In this document: piece by piece, positions 41,891-57,300 of the stretch
How the letters are laid out: each line of letters starts with the position of its first letter
Numbering within the stretch: the first letter of the stretch is position 1
Assembly: GCF_009914755.1 (NCBI RefSeq)
Contig: NC_060935.1
Strand: one strand, 5' to 3'
DNA from: the human T2T-CHM13v2.0 reference genome, Homo sapiens
DNA length: 64,000 bases
Notes under the pieces: generated by a model
Told to the model about the DNA's origin: nothing
What the model saw: only the letters and a program-made list of their open reading frames with translations
Databases searched by the model: none
Program-made: the position numbers and the translations under genes

Positions 41891-43199
41891 GGCGCAGTTT
41901 CCAAACACACTTTCTGTAGAATCTGCAAGTGGATATTTGGACCTCTCTGAGGATTTCGTTGGAAACGGGATATACTTCCCAGAACTACACGGAAGCATTC
42001 TGAGAAACTTCTTTGTGATGTTTGCATTCAACTCACAGAGTTGAACCTTGCTTTCATAGTTCAGCTTTCAAACACTCTTTTTGTAGAATCTGCAAGTGGA
42101 TATTTGGACCACTTTGTGGCCTTCCTTCGAAACGGGTATATCTTCACATCAAACCTAGACAGAAGCATTCTCAGAATGTTTCCTGTGATGACTGCATTCA
42201 ACTCACAGAGGTGAACAATCCTGCTGATGGAGCAGTTTTGAAACTCTCTTTCTTTGGATTCTGCAAGTGGATATGTGGACCTCTGTGAAGATTTCGTTGG
42301 AAACGGGTTCATCTTCACAGAAAAACTAAACAGGAGCATTCTCAGAAACTGCTTTGTGATGTTTGTGTTCCACTTCAGGAATTGAACTTTCCTCTTGATA
42401 GAGCAGCTCTGAAACCCTCTTTTTCTAGGATCTGCAAGTGGACATTTGGAGGGCTTTGAGGCCTGTGGTGGAAAAGGAAAATCTTCACATAAAAACTAGA
42501 TGGAAGCATTCTCAGAAACTACTTTGTGATGATTGCATTCGACTCACAGAGTTGAACATTCCTATAGATAGAGCAGGTTGTAAACAAACTTTTTGTAGAA
42601 TCTGCGATTGGATATTTGGACTGCTTTGAGGCCTACTGTAGTAAAGGAAATAACTTCATCTAAAAACCAAACGGAAGCATTCACAGACAATTCTTAGTGA
42701 TCATTGGATTGAACTAACAGAGCTGAACATTCCCTTAGATGGCACAGTTTCCAAACACACTTTCTGTAGAATCTGCAAGTGGATATTTGGACCTCTCTGA
42801 GGATTTCGTTGGAAACGGGCTAAACTTCCCAGAACTACACGGAAGCATTCTGAGAAACTTCTTTGTGATGTTTGCATTCAACTCACAGAGTTGAATCTTG
42901 CTTTCATAGTTCAGCTTTCAAACACTCTTTTTGTAGAATCTGCAAATGGATATTTGGACCACTTTGTGGCCTTCCTTGGAAACGGGTATATCTTCACATC
43001 AAACCTTGACAGAAGCATTCTCAGAATGTTTCCTGTGATGACTGCATTCAACTCACAGAGGTGAACAATCCTGTTGATGGAGCAGTTTTGAAACTCTCTT
43101 TCTTTGGATTCTGCAAGTGGATATGTGGACCTCTGTGAAGATTTCGTTGGAAACGGGCTCATCTTCACAGAAAAAGTAAACAGGAGCATTCTCAGAAAC

Positions 43200-46100
43200 T
43201 GCTTTGTGATGTTTGTGTTCCACTTCAGGAATTGAACTTTCCTCTTGACAGAGCAGCTCTGAAACCCTCTTTTTCTAGAATCTGCAAGTGGACATTTGGA
43301 GGGCTTTGAGGCCTGTGGTTGAAAAGGATAATCTTCACATAAAAACTAGATGGAAGCATTCTCAGAAACTACTTTGTGATGATTGCATTCGACTCACAGA
43401 GTTGAACATTCCTATAGATAGAGCAGGTTGTAAACAATCTTTTTGTAGAATCTGCGATTGGAGATTTGGACTGCTTTGAGGCCTACTGTAGTAAAGGAAA
43501 TAACTTCATCTAAAAACCAAACGGAAGCATTCACAGACAATTCTTAGTGATCATTGGATTGAACTAACAGAGCTGAACATTCCTTTAGATGGAGCAGTTT
43601 CCAAACCCACTTTCTGTAGAATCTGCAAGTGGATATTTGGACCTCTCTGAGGATTTCGTTGGAAACGGGATATACTTCCCAGAACTACACGGAAGTATTC
43701 TGAGAAACTTCTTCGTGATGGTTGCATTCAACTCACAGAGTTGAACCTTGCTTTCATAGTTCAGCTTTCAAACACTCTTTTTGTAGAATCTGCAAGTGGA
43801 TATTTGGACCATTTTGTGGCCTTCCTTCGAAACGTGTATATCTTCACATCAAACCTTGACAGAAGCATTCTCAGAATGTTTCCTGTGATGACTGCATTCA
43901 ACTCACAGAGGTGAACAATCCTGCTGATGGAGCAGTTTTGAAACTCTCTTTCTTTGGATTCTGCAAGTGGATATGTGGACCTCTGTGAAGATTTCGTTGG
44001 AAACGGGTTCATCTTCACAGAAAAACTAAACAGGAGCATTCTCAGAAACTGCTTTGTGATGTTTGTGTTCCACTTCAGGAATTGAACTTTCCTCTTGACA
44101 GAGCAGCTCTGAAACCCTCTTTTTCTAGAATCTGCAAGAGGACATTTGGAGGGCTTTGAGGCCTGTGGTGGAAAAGGAAAATCTTCACATAAAAACTAGA
44201 TGGAAGCATTCTCAGAAACTACTTTGTGATGATTGCATTCGACTCAAAGAGTTGAACATTCCTATAGATAGAGCAGGTTGTAAACAATCTTTTTGTAGAA
44301 TCTGCGATTGGAGATTTGGACTGCTTTGAGGCCTACTGTAGTAAAGGAAATAACTTCATCTAAAAACCAAACGGAAGCATTCACAGACAATTCTTAGTGA
44401 TCATTGGATTGAACTAACAGAGCTGAACATTCCCTTAGATGGCACATTTTCCAAACACACTTTCTGTAGAATCTGCAAGTGGATATTTGGACCTCTCTGA
44501 GGATTTCGTTGGAAACGGGTTAAACTTCCCAGAACTACACGGAAGGATTCTGAGAAACTTCTTTGTGATGTTTGCTTTCAAATCACAGAGTTGAACCTTG
44601 CTTTCATAGTTCAGCTTTCAAACACTCTTTTTGTAGAATCTGCAAGTGGATATTTGGACCACTTTGTGGCCTTCCTTCGAAACGGGTATATCTTCACATC
44701 AAACCTAGACAGAAGCATTCTCAGAATGTTTCCTGTGATGACTGCATTCAACTCACCGAGGTGAACAATCCTGTTGATGGAGCCGTTTTGAAACTCCCTT
44801 TCTTTTGATTCTTCAAGTGGATATGTGGAACTCTGTGAAGATTTCGTTGGAAACGGGTTCATCTTCACAGAAAAACTAAACAGGAGCATTCTCAGAAACT
44901 GCTTTGTGATGTTTGTGTTCCACTTCAGGAATTGAACTTTCCTCTTGACAGAGCAGCTCTGAAACCCTCTTTTTCTAGAATCTGCAAGTGGACATTTGGA
45001 GGGCTTTGAGGCCTGTGGTTGAAAAGGATAATCTTCACATAAAAACTAGATGGAAGCATTCTCAGAAACTACTTTGTGATGATTGCATTCGACTCATAGA
45101 GTTGAACATTCCTATAGATAGAGCAGGTTGTAAACAATCTTTTTGTAGAATCTGCGATTGGAGATTTGGACTGCTTTGAGGCCTACTGTAGTAAAGGAAA
45201 TAACTTCATCCAAAAAGCAAACGGAAGCATTCACAGACAATTCTTAATGATCATTGGATTGAACTAACAGAGCTGAACATTCCTTTAGATGGCGCAGTTT
45301 CCAAACCCACTTTCTGTAGAATCTGCAAGTGGATATTTGGAACTCTCTGAGGATTTCGTTGGAAACGGGATATACTTCCCAGAACTACACGGAAGTATTC
45401 TGAGAAACTTCTTCTTGATGGTTGCATTCAACTCACAGAGTTGAACCTTGCTTTCATAGTTCAGCTTTCAAACACTCTTTTTGTAGAATCTGCAAGTGGA
45501 TATTTGGACCATTTTGTGGCCTTCCTTCGAAACGGGTATATCTTCACATCAAACCTTGACAGAAGCATTCTCAGAATGTTTCCTGTGATGACTGCATTCA
45601 ACTCACAGAGGTGAACAATCCTGCTGATGGAGCAGTTTTGAAACTCTCTTTCTTTGGATTCTGCAAGTGGATATGTGGACCTCTGTGAAGATTTCGTTGG
45701 AAACGGGTTCATCTTCACAGAAAAACTAAACAGGAGCATTCTCAGAAACTGCTTTGTGATGTTTGTGTTCCACTTCAGGAATTGAACTTTCCTCTTGACA
45801 GAGCAGCTCTGAAACCCTCTTTTTCTAGAATCTGCAAGTGGACATTTGGAGGGCTTTGAGGCCTGTGGTGGAAAAGGAAAATCTTCACATAAAAACTAGA
45901 TGGAAGCATTCTCAGAAACTACTTTGTGATGATTGCATTCAACTCAAAGAGTTGAACATTCCTATAGATAGAGCAGGTTGTAAACAATCTTTTTGTAGAA
46001 TCTGCGATTGGAGATTTGGACTGCTTTGAGGCCTACTGTAGTAAAGGAAATAACTTCATCTAAAAACCAAACGGAAGCATTCACAGACAATTCTTAGTGA

Positions 46101-46560
46101 TCATTGGATTGAACTAACAGAGCTGAACATTCCCTTAGATGGCACAGTTTCCAAACACACTTTCTGTAGAATCTGCAAGTGGATATTTGGACCTCTCTGA
46201 GGATTTCGTTGGAATCGGGATAAACTTCCCAGAACTACACGGAAGCATTCTGAGAAACTTCTTTGTGATGTTTGCATTCAACTCACAGAGTTGAACCTTG
46301 CTTTCATAGTTCAGCTTTCAAACACTCTTTTTGTAGAATCTGCAAGTGGATATTTGGACCACTTTGTGGCCTTCCTTCGAAACGGGTATATCTTCACATC
46401 AAACCTAGACAGAAGCATTCTCAGAATGTTTCCTGTGATGACTGCATTCAACTCACAGTTGTGAGCAATCCTGTTGATGGAGCCGTTTTGAAACTCCCTT
46501 TCTTTTGATTCTGCAAGTGGATATGTGGAACTCTGTGAAGATTTCGTTGGAAACGGGTTC
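43200..46560 (+). repeat. 2-HOR (1700 bp) tandem duplication, moderately diverged
   Basis: GGTTGAAAAGGATA ~43317/45017, CCAAACCCAC 43601/45301, ATTTTGTGGC 43811/45511, CTCAAAGA 44243/45943, AGCCGTTTTGAAACTCCC 44781/46481. Confidence 0.85.
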
Positions 46561-48353
46561 ATCTTCACAGAAAAATTAACAGGAGCATTCTCAGAAACTG
46601 CTTTGTGATGTTTGTGTTCCACTTCAAGAATTGAACTTTCCTCTTGACAGAGCAGCTCTGAAACCCTCTTTTTCTAGAATCTGCTAGTGGACATTTGGAG
46701 GGCTTTGAGGCCTGTGGTGGAAAAGGAAAATCTTCACATAAAAACTAGATGGAAGCATTCTCAGAAACTACTTTGTGATGATTGCATTCGACTCACAGAG
46801 TTGAACATTCCTATAGATAGAGCAGGTTGTAAACAATCTTTTTGTAGAATCTGCGATTGGAGATTTGGACTGCTTTGAGGCCTACTGTAGTAAAGGAAAT
46901 AACTTCATCTAAAAACCAAACGGAAGCATTCACAGACAATTCTTAGTGATCATTGGATTGAACAAACAGAGCTGAACATTCCTTTAGATAGAGCAGTTTC
47001 CAAACACACTTTCTGTAGAATCTGCAAGTGGATATTTGGACTTCTCTGAGGATTTCGTTGGAAACGGGATAAACTTCCCAGAACTACACGGAAGCATTCT
47101 GAGAAACTTCTTTGTGATGTTTGCATTCAACTCACAGAGTTGAACCTTGCTTTCATAGTTCAGCTTTCAAACACTCTTTTTGTAGAATCTGCAAGTGGAT
47201 ATTTGGACCACTTTGTGGCCTTCCTTCGAAACGGGTATATCTTCACATCAAAGCTAGACAGAAGCAGTCTCAGAATGTTTCCTGTGATGACTGCATTGAA
47301 CTCACAGAGGTGAACAATCCTGTTGATGGAGCAGTTTTGAAACTCTCTTTCTTTGGATTCTGCAAGTGGATATGTGGACCTCTGTGAAGATTTCGTTGGA
47401 AACGGGTTCATCTTCACAGAAAAACTAAACAGGAGCATTCTCAGAAACTGCTTTGTGATGTTTGTGTTCCACTTCAAGAATTGAACTTTCCTCTTGACAG
47501 AGGAGCTCTGAAACCCTCTTTTTCTAGAATCTGCAAGTGGACATTTGGAGGGCTTTGAGGCCTGTGGTGGAAAAGGAAAATCTTCACATAAAAACTAGAT
47601 GGAAGCATTCTCAGAAACTACTTTGTGATGATTGCATTCGACTCACAGAGTTGAACATTCGTATAGATAGAGCAGGTTGTAAACAATCTTTTTGTAGAAT
47701 CTGCGATTGGAGATTTGGACTGCTTTGAGGCCTACTGTAGTAAAGGAAATAACTTCATCTAAAAACCAAACGGAAGCATTCAGAGACAATTCTTAGTGAT
47801 CATTGGATTGAACTAACAGAGCTGAACATTCCTTTAGATGGCGCAGTTTCCAAACACACTTTCTGTAGAATCTGCAAGTGGATATTTGGACCTCTCTGAG
47901 GATTTCGTTGGAAACGGGATATACTTCCCAGAACTACACGGAAGTATTCTGATAAACTTCTTTGTGATGGTTGCATTCAACTCACAGAGTTGAACCTTGC
48001 TTTCATAGTTCAGCTTTCAAACACTCTTTTTGTAGAATCTGCAAGTGGATATTTGGACCAATTTGTGGCCTTCCTTCGAAACGGGTATATCTTCACATCA
48101 AACCTTGACAGAAGCATTCTCAGAATGTTTCCTGTGATGACTGCATTCAACTCACAGAGGTGAACAATCCTGCTGATGCAGCAGTTTTGAAACTCTCTTT
48201 CTTTGGATTCTGCAAGTGGATATGTGGACCTCTGTGAAGATTTCGTTGGAAACGGGTTCATCTTCACAGAAAAACTAAACAGGAGCATTCTCAGAAACTG
48301 CTTTGTGATGTTTGTGTTCCACTTCAAGAATTGAACTTTCCTCTTGACAGAGC

Positions 48354-51300
48354 AGCTCTGAAACCCTCTTTTTCCAGAATCTGCAAGTGGACATTTGGAG
48401 GGCTTTGAGGCCTGTGGTGGAAAAGGAAAATCTTCACATAAAAACTAGATGGAAGCATTCTCAGAAACTACTCTGTGATGATTGCATTCGACTCACAGAG
48501 TTGAACATTCCTATAGATAGAGCAGGTTGTAAACAATCTTTTTGTAGAATCTGGGATTGGAGATTTGGACTGCTTTGAGGCCTACTGTAGTAAAGGAAAT
48601 AACTTCATCTAAAAACCAAACGGAAGCATTCACAGACAATTCTTAGTGATCATTGGAATGAACTAACAGAGCTGAACATTCCTTTAGATGGAGCAGTTTC
48701 CAAACACACTTTCTGTAGAATCTGCAAGTGGATATTTGGACCTCTCTGAGGATTTCGTTGGAAACGGGATAAATTTCCCAGAACTACACGGAAGCATTCT
48801 GAGAAACTTCTTTGTGATGTTTGCATTCAACTCACAGAGTTGAACCTTGCTTTCATAGTTCAGCTTTCAAACACTCTTTTTGTAGAATCTGCAAGTGGAT
48901 ATTTGGACCACTTTGTGGCCTTCCTTCGAAACGGGTATATCTTCACATCAAACCTAGACAGAAGCATTCTCAGAATGTTTCCTGTGATGACTGCATTCAA
49001 CTCACAGAGGTGAACAATCCTGTTGATGGAGCAGTTTTGAAACTCTCTTTCTTTGGATTCTGCAAGTGGATATGTGGACCTCTGTGTAGATTTCGTTGGA
49101 AACGGGTTCATCTTCACAGAAAAACTAAACAGGAGCATTCTCAGAAACTGCTTTGTGATGTTTGTGTTCCACTTCAAGAATTGAACTTTCCTCTTGACAG
49201 AGGAGCTCTGAAACCCTCTTTTTCTAGAATCTGCAAGTGGACATTTGGAGGGCTTTGAGGCCTGTGGTGGAAAAGGAAAATCTTCACATAAAAACTAGAT
49301 GGAAGCATTCTCAGAAACTACTTTGTGATGATTGCATTCGACTCACAGAGTTGAACATTCCTATAGATAGAGCAGGTTGTAAACAATCTTTTTGTAGAAT
49401 CTGCGATTGGAGATTTGGACTGCTTTGAGGCCTACTGTAGTAAAGGAAATAACTTCATCTAAAAACCAAACGGAAGCATTCACAGACAATTCTTAGTGAT
49501 CATTGGATTGAACAAACAGAGCTGAACATTCCTTTAGATAGAGCAGTTTCCAAACACACTTTCTGTAGAATCTGCAAGTGGATATTTGGACTTCTCTGAG
49601 GATTTCGTTGGAAACGGGATAAACTTCCCAGAACTACACGGAAGCATTCTGAGAAACTTCTTTGTGATGTTTGCATTCAACTCACAGAGTTGAACTTTGC
49701 TTTCATAGTTCAGCTTTCAAACACTCTTTTTGTAGAATCTGCAAGTGGATATTTGGACCACTTTGTGGCCTTCCTTCGAAACGGGTATATCTTCACATCA
49801 AAGCTAGACAGAAGCAGTCTCAGAATGTTTCCTGTGATGACTGCATTCAACTCACAGAGGTGAACAATCCTGTTGATGGAGCAGTTTTGAAACTCTCTTT
49901 CTTTGGATTCTGCAAGTGGATATGTGGACCTCTGTGAAGATTTCGTTGGAAACGGGTTCATCTTCACAGAAAAACTAAACAGGAGCATTCTCAGAAACTG
50001 CTTTGTGATGTTTGTGTTCCACTTCAAGAATTGAACTTTCCTCTTGACAGAGCAGCTCTGAAACCCTCTTTTTCTAGAATCTGCAAGTGGACATTTGGAG
50101 GGCTTTGAGGCCTGTGGTGGAAAAGGAAAATCTTCACATAAAAACTAGATGGAAGCATTCTCAGAAACTACTTTGTGATGATTGCATTCGACTCACAGAG
50201 TTGAACATTCCTATAGGTAGAGCAGGTTGTAAACAATCTTTTTGTAGAATCTGCGATTGGAGATTTGGACTGCTTTGAGGCCTACTGTAGTAAAGGAAAT
50301 AACTTCATCTAAAAACCAAACGGAAGCATTCACAGACAATTCTTAGTGATCATTGGATTGAACTAACAGAGCTGAAAATTCCTTTAGATGGCGCAGTTTC
50401 CAAACACACTCTCTGTAGAATCTGCAAGTGGATATTTGGACCTCTCTGAGGATTTCGTTGGAAACGGGATATACTTCCCAGAACTACACGGAAGTATTCT
50501 GATAAACTTCTTTGTGATGGTTGCATTCAACTCACAGAGTTGAACCTTGCTTTCATAGTTCAGCTTTCAAACACTCTTTTTGTAGAATCTGCAAGTGGAT
50601 ATTTGGACCAATTTGTGGCCTTCCTTCGAAACGGGTATATCTTCACATCAAACCTTGACAGAAGCATTCTCAGAATGTTTCCTGTGATGACTGCATTCAA
50701 CTCACAGAGGTGAACAATCCTGCTGATGCAGCAGTTTTGAAACTCTCTTTCTTTGGATTCTGCAAGTGGATATGTGGACCTCTGTGAAGATTTCGTTGGA
50801 AACGGGTTCATCTTCACAGAAAAACTAAACAGGAGCATTCTCAGAAACTGCTTTGTGATGTTTGTGTTCCACTTCAAGAATTGAACTTTCCTCTTGACAG
50901 AGCAGCTCTGAAACCCTCTTTTTCTAGAATCTGCAAGTGGACATTTGGAGGGCTTTGAGGCCTGTGGTGGAAAAGGAAAATCTTCACATAAAAACTAGAT
51001 GGAAGCATTCTCAGAAACTACTCTGTGATGATTGCATTCGACTCACAGAGTTGAACATTCCTATAGATAGAGCAGGTTGTAAACAATCTTTTTGTAGAAT
51101 CTGGGATTGGAGATTTGGACTGCTTTGAGGCCTACTGTAGTAAAGGAAATAACTTCATCTAAAAACCAAACGGAAGCATTCACAGACAATTCTTAGTGAT
51201 CATTGGAATGAACTAACAGAGCTGAACATTCCTTTAGATGGAGCAGTTTCCAAACACACTTTCTGTAGAATCTGCAAGTGAATATTTGGACCTCTCTGAG

Positions 51301-54300
51301 GATTTCGTTGGAAACGGGATAAATTTCCCAGAACTACACGGAAGCATTCTGAGAAACTTCTTTGTGATGTTTGCATTCAACTCACAGAGTTGAACCTTGC
51401 TTTCATAGTTCAGCTTTCAAACACTCTTTTTGTAGAATCTGCAAGTGGATATTTGGACCAGTTTGTGGCCTTCCTTCGAAACGGGTATATCTTCACATCA
51501 AACCTAGACAGAAGCATTCTCAGAATGTTTCCTGTGATGACTGCATTCAACTCACAGAGGTGAACAATCCTGTTGATGGAGCAGTTTTAAAACTCTCTTT
51601 CTTTGGATTCTGCAAGTGGATATGTGGACCTCTGTGAAGATTTCGTTGGAAACGGGTTCATCTTCACAGAAAAACTAAACAGGAGCATTCTCAGAAACTG
51701 CTTTGTGATGTTTGTGTTCCACTTCAAGAATTGAACTTTCCTCTTGAGAGAGCAGCTCTGAAACCCTCTTTTTCCAGAATCTGCAAGTGGACATTTGGAG
51801 GGCTTTGAGGCCTGTGGTGGAAAAGGAAAATCTTCACATAAAAACTAGATGGAAGCATTCTCAGAAACTACTCTGTGATGATTGCATTCGACTCACAGAG
51901 TTGAACATTCCTATAGATAGAGCAGGTTGTAAACAATCTTTTTGTAGAATCTGGGATTGGAGATTTGGACTGCTTTGAGGCCTACTGTAGTAAAGGAAAT
52001 AACTTCATCTAAAAACCAAACGGAAGCATTCACAGACAATTCTTAGTGATCATTGGAATGAACTAACAGAGCTGAACATTCCTTTAGATGGAGCAGTTTC
52101 CAAACACACTTTCTGTAGAATCTGCAAGTGGATATTTGGACCTCTCTGAGGATTTCGTTGGAAACGGGATAAATTTCCCAGAACTACACGGAAGCATTCT
52201 GAGAAACTTCTTTGTGATGTTTGCATTCAACTCACAGAGTTGAACCTTGCTTTCATAGTTCAGCTTTCAAACACTCTTTTTGTAGAATCTGCAAGTGGAT
52301 ATTTGGACCACTTTGTGGCCTTCCTTCGAAACGGGTATATCTTCACATCAAACCTAGACAGAAGCATTCTCAGAATGTTTCCTGTGATGACTGCATTCAA
52401 CTCACAGAGGTGAACAATCCTGTTGATGGAGCAGTTTTGAAACTCTCTTTCTTTGGATTCTGCAAGTGGATATGTGGACCTCTGGGAAGATTTCGTTGGA
52501 AACGGGTTCATCTTCACAGAAAAACTAAACAGGAGCATTCTCAGAAACTGCTTTGTGATGTTTGTGTTCCACTTCAAGAATTGAACTTTCCTCTTGACAG
52601 AGGAGCTCTGAAACCCTCTTTTTCTAGAATCTGCAAGTGGACATTTGGAGGGCTTTGAGGCCTGTGGTGGAAAAGGAAAATCTTCACATAAAAACTAGAT
52701 GGAAGCATTCTCAGAAACTACTCTGTGATGATTGCATTCGACTCACAGAGTTGAACATTCCTATAGATAGAGCAGGTTGTAAACAATCTTTTTGTAGAAT
52801 CTGCGATTGGAGATTTGGACTGCTTTGAGGCCTACTGTAGTAAAGGAAATAACTTCATCTAAAAACGAAACCGAAGTATTCACAGACAATTCTTAGTGAT
52901 CATTGCATTGAACTAACAGAGCTGAACATTCCTTTAGATGGCGCAGTTTCCAAACACACTTTCTGTAGAATCTGCAAGTGGATATTTGGACCTCTCTGAG
53001 GATTTCGTTGGAATCGGGATAAACTTCCCAGAACTACACGGAAGCATTCTGAGAAACTTCTTTGTGATGTTTGCATTCAACTCACAGAGTTGAACCTTGC
53101 TTTCATAGTTCAGCTTTCAAACACTCTTTTTGTAGAATCTGCAAGTGGATATTTGGACCACTTTGTGGCCTTCCTTCGAAACGGGTATATCTTCACATCA
53201 AACCTAGACAGAAGCATTCTCAGAATGTTCCTGTGATGACTGCATTCAACTCACAGTAGTGAACAATCCTGTTGATGGAGCCGTTTTGAAACTCCCTTTC
53301 TTTTGATTCTGCAAGTGGATATGTGGACCTCTGTGAAGATTTCGTTGGAAACGGGTTCATCTTCACAGAAAAATTAACAGGAGCATTCTCAGAAACTGCT
53401 TTGTGATGTTTGTGTTCCACTTCAAGAATTGAACTTTCCTCTTGACAGAGGAGCTCTGAAACCCTCTTTTTCCAGAATCTGCAAGTGGACATTTGGAGGG
53501 CTTTGAGGCCTGTGGTGGAAAAGGAAAATCTTCACATAAAAACTAGATGGAAGCATTCTCAGAAACTACTCTGTGATGATTGCATTCGACTCACAGAGTT
53601 GAACATTCCTATAGATAGAGCAGGTTGTAAACAATCTTTTTGTAGAATCTGGGATTGGAGATTTGGACTGCTTTGAGGCCTACTGTAGTAAAGGAAATAA
53701 CTTCATCTAAAAACCAAACGGAAGCATTCACAGACAATTCTTAGTGATCATTGGAATGAACTAACAGAGCTGAACATTCCTTTAGATGGAGCAGTTTCCA
53801 AACACACTTTCTGTAGAATCTGCAAGTGGATATTTGGACCTCTCTGAGGATTTCGTTGGAAACGGGATAAATTTCCCAGAACTACACGGAAGCATTCTGA
53901 GAAACTTCTTTGTGATGTTTGCATTCAACTCACAGAGTTGAACCTTGCTTTCATAGTTCAGCTTTCAAACACTCTTTTTGTAGAATCTGCAAGTGGATAT
54001 TTGGACCACTTTGTGGCCTTCCTTCGAAACGGGTATATCTTCACATCAAACCTAGACAGAAGCATTCTCAGAATGTTTCCTGTGATGACTGCATTCAACT
54101 CACAGAGGTGAACAATCCTGTTGATGGAGCAGTTTTGAAACTCTCTTTGTTTGGATTCTGCAAGTGGATATGTGGACCTCTGTGTAGATTTCGTTGGAAA
54201 CGGGTTCATCTTCACAGAAAAACTAAACAGGAGCATTCTCAGAAACTGCTTTGTGATGTTTGTGTTCCACTTCAAGAATTGAACTTTCCTCTTGACAGAG

Positions 54301-57300
54301 GAGCTCTGAAACCCTCTTTTTCTAGAATCTGCAAGTGGACATTTGGAGGGCTTTGAGGCCTGTGGTGGAAAAGGAAAATCTTCACATAAAAACTAGATGG
54401 AAGCATTCTCAGAAACTACTTTGTGATGATTGCATTCGACTCACAGAGTTGAACATTCCTATAGATAGAGCAGGTTGTAAACAATCTTTTTGTAGAATCT
54501 GCGATTGGAGATTTGGACTGCTTTGAGGCCTACTGTAGTAAAGGAAATAACTTCATCTAAAAACCAAACGGAAGCATTCACAGACAATTCTTAGTGATCA
54601 TTGGATTGAACAAACAGAGCTGAACATTCCTTTAGATAGAGCAGTTTCCAAACACACTTTCTGTAGAATCTGCAAGTGGATATTTGGACTTCTCTGAGGA
54701 TTTCGTTGGAAACGGGATAAACTTCCCAGAACTACACGGAAGCATTCTGAGAAACTTCTTTGTGATGTTTGCATTCAACTCACAGAGTTGAACCTTGCTT
54801 TCATAGTTCAGCTTTCAAACACTCTTTTTGTAGAATCTGCAAGTGGATATTTGGACCACTTTGTGGCCTTCCTTCGAAACGGGTATATCTTCACATCAAA
54901 GCTAGACAGAAGCAGTCTCAGAATGTTTCCTGTGATGACTGCATTCAACTCACAGAGGTGAACAATCCTGTTGATGGAGCAGTTTTGAAACTCTCTTTCT
55001 TTGGATTCTGCAAGTGGATATGTGGACCTCTGTGAAGATTTCGTTGGAAACGGGTTCATCTTCACAGAAAAACTAAACAGGAGCATTCTCAGAAACTGCT
55101 TTGTGATGTTTGTGTTCCACTTCAAGAATTGAACTTTCCTCTTGACAGAGCAGCTCTGAAACCCTCTTTTTCTAGAATCTGCAAGTGGACATTTGGAGGG
55201 CTTTGAGGCCTGTGGTGGAAAAGGAAAATCTTCACATAAAAACTAGATGGAAGCATTCTCAGAAACTACTTTGTGATGATTGCATTCGACTCACAGAGTT
55301 GAACATTCCTATAGGTAGAGCAGGTTGTAAACAATCTTTTTGTAGAATCTGCGATTGGAGATTTGGACTGCTTTGAGGCCTACTGTAGTAAAGGAAATAA
55401 CTTCATCTAAAAACCAAACGGAAGCATTCACAGACAATTCTTAGTGATCATTGGATTGAACTAACAGAGCTGAAAATTCCTTTAGATGGCGCAGTTTCCA
55501 AACACACTCTCTGTAGAATCTGCAAGTGGATATTTGGACCTCTCTGAGGATTTCGTTGGAAACGGGATATACTTCCCAGAACTACACGGAAGTATTCTGA
55601 TAAACTTCTTTGTGATGGTTGCATTCAACTCACAGAGTTGAACCTTGCTTTCATAGTTCAGCTTTCAAACACTCTTTTTGTAGAATCTGCAAGTGGATAT
55701 TTGGACCAATTTGTGGCCTTCCTTCGAAACGGGTATATCTTCACATCAAACCTTGACAGAAGCATTCTCAGAATGTTTCCTGTGATGACTGCATTCAACT
55801 CACAGAGGTGAACAATCCTGCTGATGCAGCAGTTTTGAAACTCTCTTTCTTTGGATTCTGCAAGTGGATATGTGGACCTCTGTGAAGATTTCGTTGGAAA
55901 CGGGTTCATCTTCACAGAAAAACTAAACAGGAGCATTCTCAGAAACTGCTTTGTGATGTTTGTGTTCCACTTCAAGAATTGAACTTTCCTCTTGACAGAG
56001 CAGCTCTGAAACCCTCTTTTTCTAGAATCTGCAAGTGGACATTTGGAGGGCTTTGAGGCCTGTGGTGGAAAAGGAAAATCTTCACATAAAAACTAGATGG
56101 AAGCATTCTCAGAAACTACTCTGTGATGATTGCATTCGACTCACAGAGTTGAACATTCCTATAGATAGAGCAGGTTGTAAACAATCTTTTTGTAGAATCT
56201 GGGATTGGAGATTTGGACTGCTTTGAGGCCTACTGTAGTAAAGGAAATAACTTCATCTAAAAACCAAACGGAAGCATTCACAGACAATTCTTAGTGATCA
56301 TTGGAATGAACTAACAGAGCTGAACATTCCTTTAGATGGAGCAGTTTCCAAACACACTTTCTGTAGAATCTGCAAGTGAATATTTGGACCTCTCTGAGGA
56401 TTTCGTTGGAAACGGGATAAATTTCCCAGAACTACACGGAAGCATTCTGAGAAACTTCTTTGTGATGTTTGCATTCAACTCACAGAGTTGAACCTTGCTT
56501 TCATAGTTCAGCTTTCAAACACTCTTTTTGTAGAATCTGCAAGTGGATATTTGGACCAGTTTGTGGCCTTCCTTCGAAACGGGTATATCTTCACATCAAA
56601 CCTAGACAGAAGCATTCTCAGAATGTTTCCTGTGATGACTGCATTCAACTCACAGAGGTGAACAATCCTGTTGATGGAGCAGTTTTAAAACTCTCTTTCT
56701 TTGGATTCTGCAAGTGGATATGTGGACCTCTGTGAAGATTTCGTTGGAAACGGGTTCATCTTCACAGAAAAACTAAACAGGAGCATTCTCAGAAACTGCT
56801 TTGTGATGTTTGTGTTCCACTTCAAGAATTGAACTTTCCTCTTGAGAGAGCAGCTCTGAAACCCTCTTTTTCCAGAATCTGCAAGTGGACATTTGGAGGG
56901 CTTTGAGGCCTGTGGTGGAAAAGGAAAATCTTCACATAAAAACTAGATGGAAGCATTCTCAGAAACTACTCTGTGATGATTGCATTCGACTCACAGAGTT
57001 GAACATTCCTATAGATAGAGCAGGTTGTAAACAATCTTTTTGTAGAATCTGGGATTGGAGATTTGGACTGCTTTGAGGCCTACTGTAGTAAAGGAAATAA
57101 CTTCATCTAAAAACCAAACGGAAGCATTCACAGACAATTCTTAGTGATCATTGGAATGAACTAACAGAGCTGAACATTCCTTTAGATGGAGCAGTTTCCA
57201 AACACACTTTCTGTAGAATCTGCAAGTGGATATTGGACCTCTCTGAGGATTTCGTTGGAAACGGGATAAATTTCCCAGAACTACACGGAAGCATTCTGAG

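Noticed and set aside
46204-46220. TTTCGTTGGAATCGGGA as a broken CENP-B box (also ~53002, ~58100)
   Set aside because: The change is at a free position and all nine core bases are intact.
48821-49258. Longer 145 aa ORF (also 52221, 53919, 57318)
   Set aside because: Produced by point loss of one TGA (to TGT or GGA) in duplicated HORs; no coding signature.
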